Source: an uncultured archaeon (lineage in GTDB: Archaea; Asgardarchaeota; Thorarchaeia; Thorarchaeales; Thorarchaeaceae). Taken from it: a stretch of 64,000 nucleotides of DNA. Shown one piece after another: positions 39,840 through 48,276 of the stretch. The position numbers and the translations under genes are program-made. The notes below the pieces were generated by a model. It worked only from the letters and a program-made list of their open reading frames with translations. It did no database searches and was not told the DNA's origin. Position 1 is the first letter of the stretch, and every line of letters begins with the position of its first letter. The stretch spans positions 102,831 through 166,830 of the forward strand of contig CAZLEV010000008.1 in assembly GCA_964558645.1 (NCBI GenBank), given 5' to 3'.

Positions 39840-41495
39840 ATGCTGAACCGCCACAAGCTAATAGGTCTATTCATCGTTCTACTTACGGTCTCTTGGTTGT
39901 TTCCCCTAATGGGTTCCACCTTCATCAAGGCGTTACCACCTGAGAAGGGCTTCACACCCAGCCAGTTTGAATGGACGACATATAATCGTGACATGAACGT
40001 TACAGCTTTCGTATCACCAGATGGAAGCCGCGATGCGCTATGGGAACTCCTTCAGAGTGCAGATGAGAGTATCTATGTTGAGATTTACGGAATAAACAAC
40101 CCCTACATCCTAGATCTGATTCATGAGATACATGACAGTAAGCCAGCGCTTGAGATGAAGTTTCTCATCGGATGGAATAGCTTGGGATACTACAGTCCAA
40201 ACAAGTATGTAGCGAACAATCTCACCGAGCTTGGATACGAGGTGAGGTGGACGAACGCCTCGGACTTCACATTTGCCCACCAGAAGTTCTTCATAATTGA
40301 CAATGAAACAGCTGTTGTTCATTCCGGAAACTGGGCCAAAACGAGCTTTCCTGAAGAAGGCAAGAAGGCGAATCGAGAATGGAGCATTGCTATGACAGAT
40401 GTACAGGTGGCGGGCTACTATCTAGATGTTTTCGACCATGATTGGTCCCGAGGAACGGATTACGATGCAGGAACCCATGGCACCGGTGATCCCCTTTCCT
40501 ACTCCCAGGTTGGAACGACATATATGCGACCATTTGCCACCCCTGGCAAGTTCACCGGACAGATGAATGTGACGCCCATCTTCAGCCCAGACACTAGCTT
40601 GGAGGGAATTCTATACTGCATAAACAGTGCACAGGCGACGCTTGATATCCAGATACCATATTTCACCAGTGTCGGTGATGAGGGTGCTGTTGACGAGATA
40701 CTTGATGCTATCATTGCAGCCAAGAACCGTGGGGTCACTGTAAGAGTGATTTCCGAGGAGGAGAAGGACTGGATTGAAGTTGCCGAGATTCTGATAGAGC
40801 ACGAGATTCCAATTGTGTGGCAGATGACAAGATGGTTCTCTGCAAACCACAACAAGGCTATAATCGTTGATGGACGCATTGTTCTGATAAGCAGCATAAA
40901 CTACAGTGATGGTAGCATCACTCAGAATCGAGAGGCTGGAGTTATCATCGAGAATGACGAAGTGGCTCAGTGGTACCTCGATGTCTATGACTTTGACTGG
41001 TCAGTTGCAAGCTGGGAGGAGCTGGATGATGTCAACCTATACTGGGATCCCAATATTCCAACCCACGAGGCAGACATCAATGTCACTGTCTACGGACACA
41101 TGCTCTTCGAAGACACGATTGACGAGGTCGAACTCGCAGTAAAGATTGGGGATGGCGATTGGACGAATCACACCATCACCGACAACGTCTATGAGTCTGC
41201 TGAAGAGAATCTTGAGAATTACTTCTATGTCATACCGGCGCAATCAGATGGAACCAATATTACCGTGGTTGGCAAGATTCGCGTAGGTTCCACCTGGCAT
41301 GTTGGTCTTCCAATGGTCATCCGTGTGCGGGACTCGATTGGTTCTGCGACCACGACTACAACCACAACGACGACTACAACCACGACTACTGATCCAATCC
41401 ATGCGTTTCTGCTTGAATTCGGAGTGTATATCGTTTTGATTGTCATTGCTGTGATATGTGGTGGTGGCTACAAGACCTACAGCAAACGACGCTAG
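39840..41495 (+). CDS. Secreted membrane-anchored phospholipase D/nuclease-family protein
   Basis: Two HKD motifs (HQKFFIID, HNKAIIVD), signal peptide, Thr stalk, C-terminal TM. Confidence 0.9.
   Translation: MLNRHKLIGLFIVLLTVSWLFPLMGSTFIKALPPEKGFTPSQFEWTTYNRDMNVTAFVSPDGSRDALWELLQSADESIYVEIYGINNPYILDLIHEIHDSKPALEMKFLIGWNSLGYYSPNKYVANNLTELGYEVRWTNASDFTFAHQKFFIIDNETAVVHSGNWAKTSFPEEGKKANREWSIAMTDVQVAGYYLDVFDHDWSRGTDYDAGTHGTGDPLSYSQVGTTYMRPFATPGKFTGQMNVTPIFSPDTSLEGILYCINSAQATLDIQIPYFTSVGDEGAVDEILDAIIAAKNRGVTVRVISEEEKDWIEVAEILIEHEIPIVWQMTRWFSANHNKAIIVDGRIVLISSINYSDGSITQNREAGVIIENDEVAQWYLDVYDFDWSVASWEELDDVNLYWDPNIPTHEADINVTVYGHMLFEDTIDEVELAVKIGDGDWTNHTITDNVYESAEENLENYFYVIPAQSDGTNITVVGKIRVGSTWHVGLPMVIRVRDSIGSATTTTTTTTTTTTTTDPIHAFLLEFGVYIVLIVIAVICGGGYKTYSKRR
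41349..41390 (+). repeat. ACN tract encoding a poly-Thr linker
   Basis: 14 consecutive Thr codons. Confidence 0.85.
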
Positions 41496-41642
41496 AAACA
41501 GAGGTAATCATTCTACCATGATACCTCAGAGTGGCAGAGATGTGGGCCGTTCAAATACCCCATCTCTTGCACATTTCTGAGGCATCCATCTTCCAACAGA
41601 ATCCGACCACCTGTTCTTCTCCATGTGCTTGAGGCGTCTGTT

Positions 41643-42239
41643 TCAGTCTGATGTCCTTTCAGCCATCTCTGCAAACTTACGGCAGCTCTGTGCATCTTGT
41701 GTCTCGCCCCTTCGCATGTGGAGGTCTGCCGCAATCCTATATGCCCGAGCGACCTCATCCCACTTCTGCTGTGCATCCATGCAGAGTGCAAGAGCTTTCC
41801 AAGTTTGGGGATTGGATGAATCGCTTTCTAGTGCCTTATGATATGCTTCTACTGCCTCATCAATCTTGAAGAGACTCTCTAGAGACCGTGCTTTCATGAC
41901 CCACAGTCGTGCATTCTGAGGCTGCACAGAGAGGCCTGATTCTGCAGCCTGAAGTGCTTCTTCAAAGCTGCCAGTACCGAGATATGCTTCCGCCTTGTTT
42001 GCATATGCTCTGGGGTCCGTCCTATCGGCACTGATTGCTCTATCAAAGGCTTGAATCGCTTCTTTCTGTTCACCGATGTGAATATGTATACGTCCCTTTT
42101 CGTTCAATGCATCCAGCGACTCAGAATTTGCCTGCAATGCCTTCGCATATGCCTCGATTGCTTTCTTGTTTTCACCCTTTGATCGCTCAATTCGGGCATG
42201 TTCTATCCATTCTTCGTAGGTGCGGCCATCGGATGACAT
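41643..42239 (-). CDS. TPR protein
   Basis: Repeated AI.AY.KAL / W..KA..L pattern. Confidence 0.88.
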   Translation of the reverse strand: MSSDGRTYEEWIEHARIERSKGENKKAIEAYAKALQANSESLDALNEKGRIHIHIGEQKEAIQAFDRAISADRTDPRAYANKAEAYLGTGSFEEALQAAESGLSVQPQNARLWVMKARSLESLFKIDEAVEAYHKALESDSSNPQTWKALALCMDAQQKWDEVARAYRIAADLHMRRGETQDAQSCRKFAEMAERTSD

Positions 42240-42385
42240 ACGCCTAGTCCCAGCTGCTGTCGTTTTAATGGTTCTTCATGGGGACATCTATTTGAATCTG
42301 GTCGATGATGATAGGCCCACCAAACAATAAGGGTTTTAACGTGGTCCCTACGAATCCACTGTAATGGGATTCCGAGGAAGGCTCT

Positions 42386-42886
42386 ATGAGTGAAGATGAA
42401 GTCCGCGATGAAATGGAGAACGAATATGACGAGGCAGAAACGACTGAGGAAATACTACCCCCACCCAGCGGTGGCAGATTGAGCAGGTTCCTAAACGACC
42501 CTTGGCCCACAGCGACCTTCATTCTCATGATACTAGGGTTTGTGATTGTTCTGTTCACCCCCTATGAGGTGTGGTCTCAGTGGAGCTGGATGCTGGTTGG
42601 CGCCTACTTCATGTGGATCTTGGTGATTGTTGGCTTTGTCTTCTCAACGCAGGTTTGGCGTAAATCTTCTGGATCAAAGATGAGATTCGTTGCAATTGCC
42701 ATTTTCATTGTCATACTCACTGTAGGAATACTCGGAACAATCGATCTCGGCTTGTGGATACTGATATCGACTCCTCTCCTACCGGGCCTTGAGGCACCAT
42801 TACTATATGGTACCAACGCGATTGTAGTGTTTTGTCTGTATAGTCTCTGGCTGTTGCAGAGAGCGAAAAGCCCCGACCGATCGTAA
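42386..42886 (+). CDS. Membrane protein (4 TM) with acidic N-terminus
   Basis: Four hydrophobic segments; stop overlaps the next start. Confidence 0.75.
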   Translation: MSEDEVRDEMENEYDEAETTEEILPPPSGGRLSRFLNDPWPTATFILMILGFVIVLFTPYEVWSQWSWMLVGAYFMWILVIVGFVFSTQVWRKSSGSKMRFVAIAIFIVILTVGILGTIDLGLWILISTPLLPGLEAPLLYGTNAIVVFCLYSLWLLQRAKSPDRS

Positions 42887-43260
42887 TGGGTGATGGTTTG
42901 TCTAACGGTGGCCGTACTCTAGACGATATTATGCTGATCATCAGAGATTTCGTCGAGGAACGCGATTGGACTAGATTCCAGAAACCTCGGGCGCTGGCAA
43001 TCTCAGCTGCCATAGAGATGGGGGAGCTTCTTGAGCTCTTCCAGTGGAGAACCGATGATGAAACATCCGAGCTTCTTGAGCACGACGATTACCGTGCGCG
43101 ACTCGCCGCTGAGATTGCTGATGTCATGATCTATCTGATCAGAATCGCTGACATAGCCGGAATTTCGCCAACAGAGGCGGTCTTGACCAAGATGGCCTCG
43201 AATTGTGAGAAGTATCCCGCGAAGGAATACAGAGGAAGAATCCCTGAGAAACTCAAATAG
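42886..43260 (+). CDS. MazG-like nucleotide pyrophosphohydrolase (dCTPase-like)
   Basis: FVEERDW..F, EMGELLELFQW, EIADV and KYP motifs. Confidence 0.9.
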   Translation: MGDGLSNGGRTLDDIMLIIRDFVEERDWTRFQKPRALAISAAIEMGELLELFQWRTDDETSELLEHDDYRARLAAEIADVMIYLIRIADIAGISPTEAVLTKMASNCEKYPAKEYRGRIPEKLK

Positions 43261-44053
43261 ATTCCGTCAATCTGCGGTAGATTCTGGGTCTTCGATCTTT
43301 CAAGACATGGTTTGTTTCGGTGATATTCTTGTCATCAGCAGCTACGGGGTCGATGTCAACTGCAAGGAGATCAGGAGTTGTGCGAGACCCCCGTACTAGA
43401 ACTGCGCCCTGAGGATCGGTGATCTGCGACATTCCTGAGAATTCAAGACCTCTCTCCGTACCGATGCGATTTGCCGTTGCTGTGAATACTCTGTTCTCTA
43501 TTGATCTTGTCTTCATTGCATCTTGACAGTAAGGTAGCACCAGATTCGCTGGATGAAGTATGACCTGAGCTCCCTTCAGGGCAAGGATACGAGCCATTTC
43601 AGGAAAAGCCCAGTCAAAGCAGACCATTACTCCGTATCTGTGTCCTCCAAATTGGAAGACTGGTGGCTCAGCAGCACCCGCCGTAAACCACTGCCCCTCC
43701 TGACCAAAGAGGTGGATCTTCCTGTAGGTGCTGATGTGCTTCCCTGATCCAAAGGCGACCGCCGAATTATAGAAAGCCCCCTCAGCACTCTCACAGATTC
43801 CTGAAACGATCAACCTCCCATCATTGGACCATTCTCTGAATAGAGCAGATAGCTTCCCTTTTCCCACGATTTCTGCAGTTGTTGTCACTTCATCTTTGGA
43901 ACGAAATGCATACCCTGAGTTTGCTAGCTCAGGAAGAACTAGGACTTCAATGCCATTATCAGATGCCTGTTCCAGAGCAGTCTCGATGACCTCCATGTTT
44001 TCTGCCACTGAGGCAATCTGGGGTCTTATCTGGGCTAATCCTATTGTGACCAT
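43253..44053 (-). CDS. Carbon-nitrogen hydrolase (nitrilase family)
   Basis: Catalytic triad VLPEL, YRKIHL, VCFDW.FPE. Confidence 0.93.
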   Translation of the reverse strand: MVTIGLAQIRPQIASVAENMEVIETALEQASDNGIEVLVLPELANSGYAFRSKDEVTTTAEIVGKGKLSALFREWSNDGRLIVSGICESAEGAFYNSAVAFGSGKHISTYRKIHLFGQEGQWFTAGAAEPPVFQFGGHRYGVMVCFDWAFPEMARILALKGAQVILHPANLVLPYCQDAMKTRSIENRVFTATANRIGTERGLEFSGMSQITDPQGAVLVRGSRTTPDLLAVDIDPVAADDKNITETNHVLKDRRPRIYRRLTESI

Positions 44054-44165
44054 GAGTATCTTACCAAGCTTGCCTCAGGTATTCTACCCTGAAAGGCTTT
44101 TGTAGGAGGGCTCTAGCAAAAAGCATTTCACACGCATTCGCCAACTAGTCTGTGAGGACTATCAG

Positions 44166-44282
44166 ATGAAAGAAGACTGTGACTCCTCAGACGCAGAGTG
44201 GGCCGATACCGTTGAGTGGCCAGAAGAAGACTGGGGCGACGACTACTGGGACGAAACCGGTTCCGAGAACGAGTACTTCTGA
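44166..44282 (+). CDS. Small acidic Trp-rich peptide (38 aa, not in ORF track)
   Basis: MKEDCDSSDAEWADTVEWPEEDWGDDYWDETGSENEYF*; 16 D/E and 4 W; GAGG upstream. Confidence 0.6.
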   Translation: MKEDCDSSDAEWADTVEWPEEDWGDDYWDETGSENEYF

Positions 44283-44302
44283 CTCGATTTGTGTGGGACA
44301 GG

Positions 44303-45139
44303 CTACCGACTATTCCCCTCTTGTTCCGCCCGATCTTGTATAGCTTTTCGGCAACGGAGCAGTCTGTTGTATGATCTCCTCAAGTGCTTCGAATCATCCC
44401 GTTTCCATATCTCTCTTATCAGGGCAAAGACTCCTCGTGCCTCTCGAACTCTTGCCATGAGCTCGGAGTAACGGCTCTTGAGTTTCTTGAGAGGCACTGT
44501 ATCATCTTTGATCGTGTCCTGCAAGTCAAGAATCCTACTCTCAAGAGAACTCAGCTGACTACTGATTGTTGCATCGAGGGCAATTTCGATCTCTCGATCA
44601 CTCTTAGGCCCAATTGCTCTGACCCTCGACCATCGCGAAACCTTGGCGCCAATATCCTTCATGGACCCCGCAAACTCCTTCGGGGTCAGTACTCCTCTTC
44701 CCTTTTCCGTCTGATAGAATCGAGCAATATCTTTGGACCTGAGGTGGGGCAACAAGACCGCCCCCTTTCTGATACGAATATAGGCAGAACGGTTGAGTAG
44801 GCGCTGTGTCTTCTTCTTCTGTTGGGCGGTGGGTTCGACGAATGAATAAGACATGAGTACGTAGGTACGACGTCGGTATAGCTCAGGGTCGGTCTCTTTG
44901 ACCCGGGGGATCTCCCGTGCCCTCTTAAGTGTGAGATGCCGGAATCTCTGCACATACTCTCGAACCTTCTTATTCTGTACTGGAACTCTGTAAATCCCTC
45001 TCGTTAGTCTTCGTATTGCCTTGGTTTTGCGCGCGCCTCTTCTGAACTCCTTGTCATCTCCTATCACGACAACGAGGACTGAGCTGCCTGATAGTCTATC
45101 CTCAGTTCGTGATTCGTCAGAAGTGTTTCTGTCGCTCAA
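44303..45139 (-). CDS. Highly basic protein with a ChrB_N/PaaX-like (Cas2-like fold) domain and helical C-terminus
   Basis: YVLMSYSF.EPT...TQRLL.RSAYIRIRKGAVLLP resembles the ChrB N-terminal pattern. About 24% K+R by hand count. Confidence 0.55.
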   Translation of the reverse strand: MSDRNTSDESRTEDRLSGSSVLVVVIGDDKEFRRGARKTKAIRRLTRGIYRVPVQNKKVREYVQRFRHLTLKRAREIPRVKETDPELYRRRTYVLMSYSFVEPTAQQKKKTQRLLNRSAYIRIRKGAVLLPHLRSKDIARFYQTEKGRGVLTPKEFAGSMKDIGAKVSRWSRVRAIGPKSDREIEIALDATISSQLSSLESRILDLQDTIKDDTVPLKKLKSRYSELMARVREARGVFALIREIWKRDDSKHLRRSYNRLLRCRKAIQDRAEQEGNSR

Positions 45140-45353
45140 CTCATCCCCTCATGCGGGCTCGTAGGAATCGTATGCCGGTCTTGTGCTGAGTTTGAATGGC
45201 TTTTGAAGACCCCATAAGTGACACAAGCGAAGGCCCCTCATTGTCTATAATATTATCTTTTCGCTAGAAGTACGTTCTCTTGTTGGGTTTGGGAGGCTGA
45301 TTATCTTTTTTCATCGATAAGGATGTATTATATAGTTGTAACTGGTCGTGTGG

Positions 45354-45383
45354 GCCCTATGAGCGGTTTCTCTTTCGTAGGGC
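45354..45383 (+). promoter_or_regulatory. Hairpin in the probable 5' leader of the acidic peptide gene
   Basis: GCCCTATGAG pairs with TTCGTAGGGC; lies downstream of AT-rich TATTATATA (~45326). Confidence 0.45.
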
Positions 45384-45429
45384 AATCTTAGATTCAAACA
45401 TGATAGGAGGCGCTTTGGAGGTGAAATAA

Positions 45430-45522
45430 ATGGTCTTTGACGAAGATTTCGACGATGAAGATTTCGATGACGACGATTGGGACGATGACGATGAAGATTG
45501 GGACGACGACGAGGATTGGTAA
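45430..45522 (+). CDS. Tiny poly-acidic aromatic peptide (30 aa, not in ORF track)
   Basis: MVFDEDFDDEDFDDDDWDDDDEDWDDDEDW*; perfect SD GGAGGTGA 5 nt upstream; terminator-like hairpin downstream. Confidence 0.8.
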   Translation: MVFDEDFDDEDFDDDDWDDDDEDWDDDEDW

Positions 45523-45552
45523 TCTTCCCACTTTCAAGTCAATAGACGGTTC

Positions 45553-45574
45553 GAAGGCCCACAGCTGGGCCTTC
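45553..45574. terminator. Stem-loop between the acidic peptide gene and convergent mtnP
   Basis: GAAGGCCCA-CAGC-TGGGCCTTC, perfect 9-bp stem. Confidence 0.6.
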
Positions 45575-45589
45575 TACCTTTGTTATGTT

Positions 45590-46450
45590 CTAGAACAATC
45601 CGCCTTTCATGGCGGTCTGACAGGAACATGATGCTTTTTCTGGAATGCGATCAATCATCTCGAATGTCAGCTTTCTGACTCGCTCAACGTTCTTCGACAT
45701 GGTCTTCAGAACCATCTCATGAGTAACATGCTCCTCAGCATGAACGTCATAGTCAGTTGGCATTGACACATTCACAAAGCAGATCCCCGCCTCCCGTGCA
45801 AGGGCGGCTTCGGGATAAGCAGTCATACCAATCACTTCCCATCCCTGATTATGGAAGAACATAGACTCCGCAGCTGTAGAGAACCTCGGACCATTGATGC
45901 AGACGTAAGTCCCCTTTCCATGAACCTTGTAGTCAAGCTCAGCCGCAGTATCGAGTGCCACTTGCCTGAGTTCAGGACAGAATGGTTCACCAAAGGGGAG
46001 ATGGGCGATTGGTCCTCCTTCAAAGAAGGTATCCTTGCGCTGTCCGAATGTTCTGTCGAAAAGCTGGTCCGCGATGACAAACTCACCCAACTTCACGGTC
46101 TCAGGTTGGAGGCTGCCACATGCCGCAGGACTTATGATTCTCTTCACCCCCAGTGCCTTCATGCCCCAGATGTTCGCACGGTAGTTGATTGCGTGGGGCG
46201 GAACAGTATGCCCTTTACCGTGTCTGGCCAGAAATACGAAGCTTCGCTCTCTCGCCTTTCCCACTATGAAGTTGTCCGAGGCCGCACCATAGGGCGTGAA
46301 CACCTTGATTTCGATTGGGTCTTCTATCACCGTGGGATCGTAATTCCCACTTCCGCCAAACATACCAATCTCAATGGGGAGTATATCCTCTACATCTTTC
46401 TGTTTGTTTCTATCAATGGGTACAAACTCAAGTCTTGGTTCGAATGCCAT
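45590..46450 (-). CDS. mtnP: S-methyl-5'-thioadenosine phosphorylase (PNP/MTAP family 2)
   Basis: GGSG, TPYG, RHGKGH..PPH.INYRANI, GPRFST.AES, GMT.YPE and TDYD motifs. Confidence 0.92.
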   Translation of the reverse strand: MAFEPRLEFVPIDRNKQKDVEDILPIEIGMFGGSGNYDPTVIEDPIEIKVFTPYGAASDNFIVGKARERSFVFLARHGKGHTVPPHAINYRANIWGMKALGVKRIISPAACGSLQPETVKLGEFVIADQLFDRTFGQRKDTFFEGGPIAHLPFGEPFCPELRQVALDTAAELDYKVHGKGTYVCINGPRFSTAAESMFFHNQGWEVIGMTAYPEAALAREAGICFVNVSMPTDYDVHAEEHVTHEMVLKTMSKNVERVRKLTFEMIDRIPEKASCSCQTAMKGGLF

Positions 46451-46595
46451 AATCTCACCTGTAATTGCTTTGTGCACTGATAACCCTGCGATACTGTCAT
46501 TTATAGGTGATACGGCATTTCGATTACGATGTTCGGGGATAGTGTTGCCACATCCGGCGTGCACCACTAACGAGTTGAGTTATTGTGGTGACCGA

Positions 46596-47261
46596 CTATT
46601 CCTTCAGTCTCCATACCTTGTCCAGCGGATAGACAATCTTATCAAGGTACCCCATGTGTGCTTTGACCTTTGAGAGCTTGTCGTCTGAGAGTACGATATT
46701 GTTGTATTCTCTCAGGTGTTTCTTCAGCTCGGGTGTACTCATCTCTTTGATGCCTTCGCTCTCGAATATCTTCATGATTAGTGCAGTCAAGTCTTCGAAG
46801 AAGTTCCACGGCCAGATCTCCCAGGCCCACGTGATCTCCACACCGTAGTAGTCTGGTTCAAACTTGGACCCTGCAATATGCATCAAGGTCGCCGTTCTCA
46901 CTTCCTTTGGCCCACATGCCTTCACGTGTTCCACTGCCATTGTAAGACTCTCGCCGGTATCGGTAATATCGTCAACCACCAATACATTTTTGCCCGAAAC
47001 ATCAGCAGTGAGAGGACACGTCAGCTTGGCTTTTCCGTCTTTAGTTGCTGTGACGCCCCAGTGATCGATTTTGACGCTGTACAGCTCCTTGACAGCAAGA
47101 AGATCGCACTGAATCCGTGCATGTACCCAGCCACCTCGGGCGATACCAACAATCGCATCAGGCTTCCAACCGGATTCCCTGATCTTCAAAGCAGTCTGAT
47201 AAGCGTAGTTGTAAATATCATCAAAATCTAGGACATAGCAGAGCGCACCCTTCAAATCCAT
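46596..47261 (-). CDS. Purine phosphoribosyltransferase (archaeal HGXPRT-like)
   Basis: IARGG, VLVVDDITDTGES and W.IWPW motifs. Confidence 0.88.
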   Translation of the reverse strand: MDLKGALCYVLDFDDIYNYAYQTALKIRESGWKPDAIVGIARGGWVHARIQCDLLAVKELYSVKIDHWGVTATKDGKAKLTCPLTADVSGKNVLVVDDITDTGESLTMAVEHVKACGPKEVRTATLMHIAGSKFEPDYYGVEITWAWEIWPWNFFEDLTALIMKIFESEGIKEMSTPELKKHLREYNNIVLSDDKLSKVKAHMGYLDKIVYPLDKVWRLKE

Positions 47262-47314
47262 GATGTGTCACCAACACAATACCCCGCGACCAAAAGGATG
47301 TTAAAAAGGTGTTT

Positions 47315-48166
47315 CTATTGAGCACTCCGTTCGACCTTCAGTCGAAGTGTGTCATATTCGCCTGAGGTGAACTTGATGTGGGTCCGAATTGACTGACCTG
47401 CTAGCAGAGGTATTGGACTCTCGACGGGCATGAGAATCTCCTTCCATCCGTCTTCCATCCTCAATCTGATATCATCACCGAGGTCGGCCTCGAACATACC
47501 TAGGAAGCCATGTAGAATCCCGTCAGCACAGATAGTGAAATCCAGAACCTCATCAACCCCTCGTGATTCGTCATTTGAGTTGAAAGCGAACTCCTTGACA
47601 AGGACAAGATCTGCTAGGTCTCTTGCGTCCCCCTCCTCCACCGTCTGAGGAACGGGCATGAACTCAATGGCTTTGTGCCTGAATCGTGACCACACAGTTT
47701 TACACTCGACTGGTACTGAATAGATGCGGATATGATTCGGAAGAATGATTCCGCCTGGTTTCAGGATGTGTTTCTTGGCGTGGAGTGCAGCAGGAACCTG
47801 TTGTTCAACCAGCATGAATGACGAAAGCATCTCACAAATGACTACGTCAGCTTTCTCTTCCGCAACGAAGTCTCTGAAGTCACTGACAACGAACTCCATG
47901 TTCTCATCCAGTTTGTTTCGTCTTGCCACCGACCTTGAGTATTCAACCGATTTCTCATTGATATCAACACACACGACCTTTCTCGCTCCGGCCCGAGCTG
48001 CAAGCATACCCAGGATACCACTGCCACTTCCAATGTCAACTACTATGCTATCCGCGTTGACGTACCGCTTGATTGCACTGTTGAACTTGTTAATTCGCGT
48101 CCTGTGGCTGAGAAGGCTTATTGCATGCAAGAATGGAAATGGAGTAATGTAGTTCATATTCGTCAT
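47315..48166 (-). CDS. Protein arginine N-methyltransferase (PRMT)-like SAM-dependent methyltransferase
   Basis: VVDIGSGSGILGMLAARAGARKV, double-E loop DVVICEMLSSFMLVEQ, LKPGGIILP, beta-barrel LHGFLGMFE...GWK. Confidence 0.75.
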   Translation of the reverse strand: MTNMNYITPFPFLHAISLLSHRTRINKFNSAIKRYVNADSIVVDIGSGSGILGMLAARAGARKVVCVDINEKSVEYSRSVARRNKLDENMEFVVSDFRDFVAEEKADVVICEMLSSFMLVEQQVPAALHAKKHILKPGGIILPNHIRIYSVPVECKTVWSRFRHKAIEFMPVPQTVEEGDARDLADLVLVKEFAFNSNDESRGVDEVLDFTICADGILHGFLGMFEADLGDDIRLRMEDGWKEILMPVESPIPLLAGQSIRTHIKFTSGEYDTLRLKVERSAQ

Positions 48167-48276
48167 TCTAATGCCGGATTGCCATATCATCAGGCATTTA
48201 TAACAAGAGTGAAGTCGTCGAGCTATGCTTTGATGGGTCACCAGCATCTTCCCATCCACTCAAGAGGTAGTGTCGA

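Noticed and set aside
16756-41390. Poly-ACN tracts as contingency or variable repeats
   Set aside because: Mixed synonymous codons show they are ordinary Thr-rich linkers of archaeal surface proteins.
44303-45139. Calling the basic protein Cas2 or a chromate-resistance gene
   Set aside because: There are no cas genes, array or chrA transporter nearby. Only a fold-level resemblance is supportable.
45437-45631. 64-aa Thr/Met-rich ORF in the track
   Set aside because: It is an off-frame shadow of the acidic peptide ORF 45430..45522, which has the SD and an ATG.
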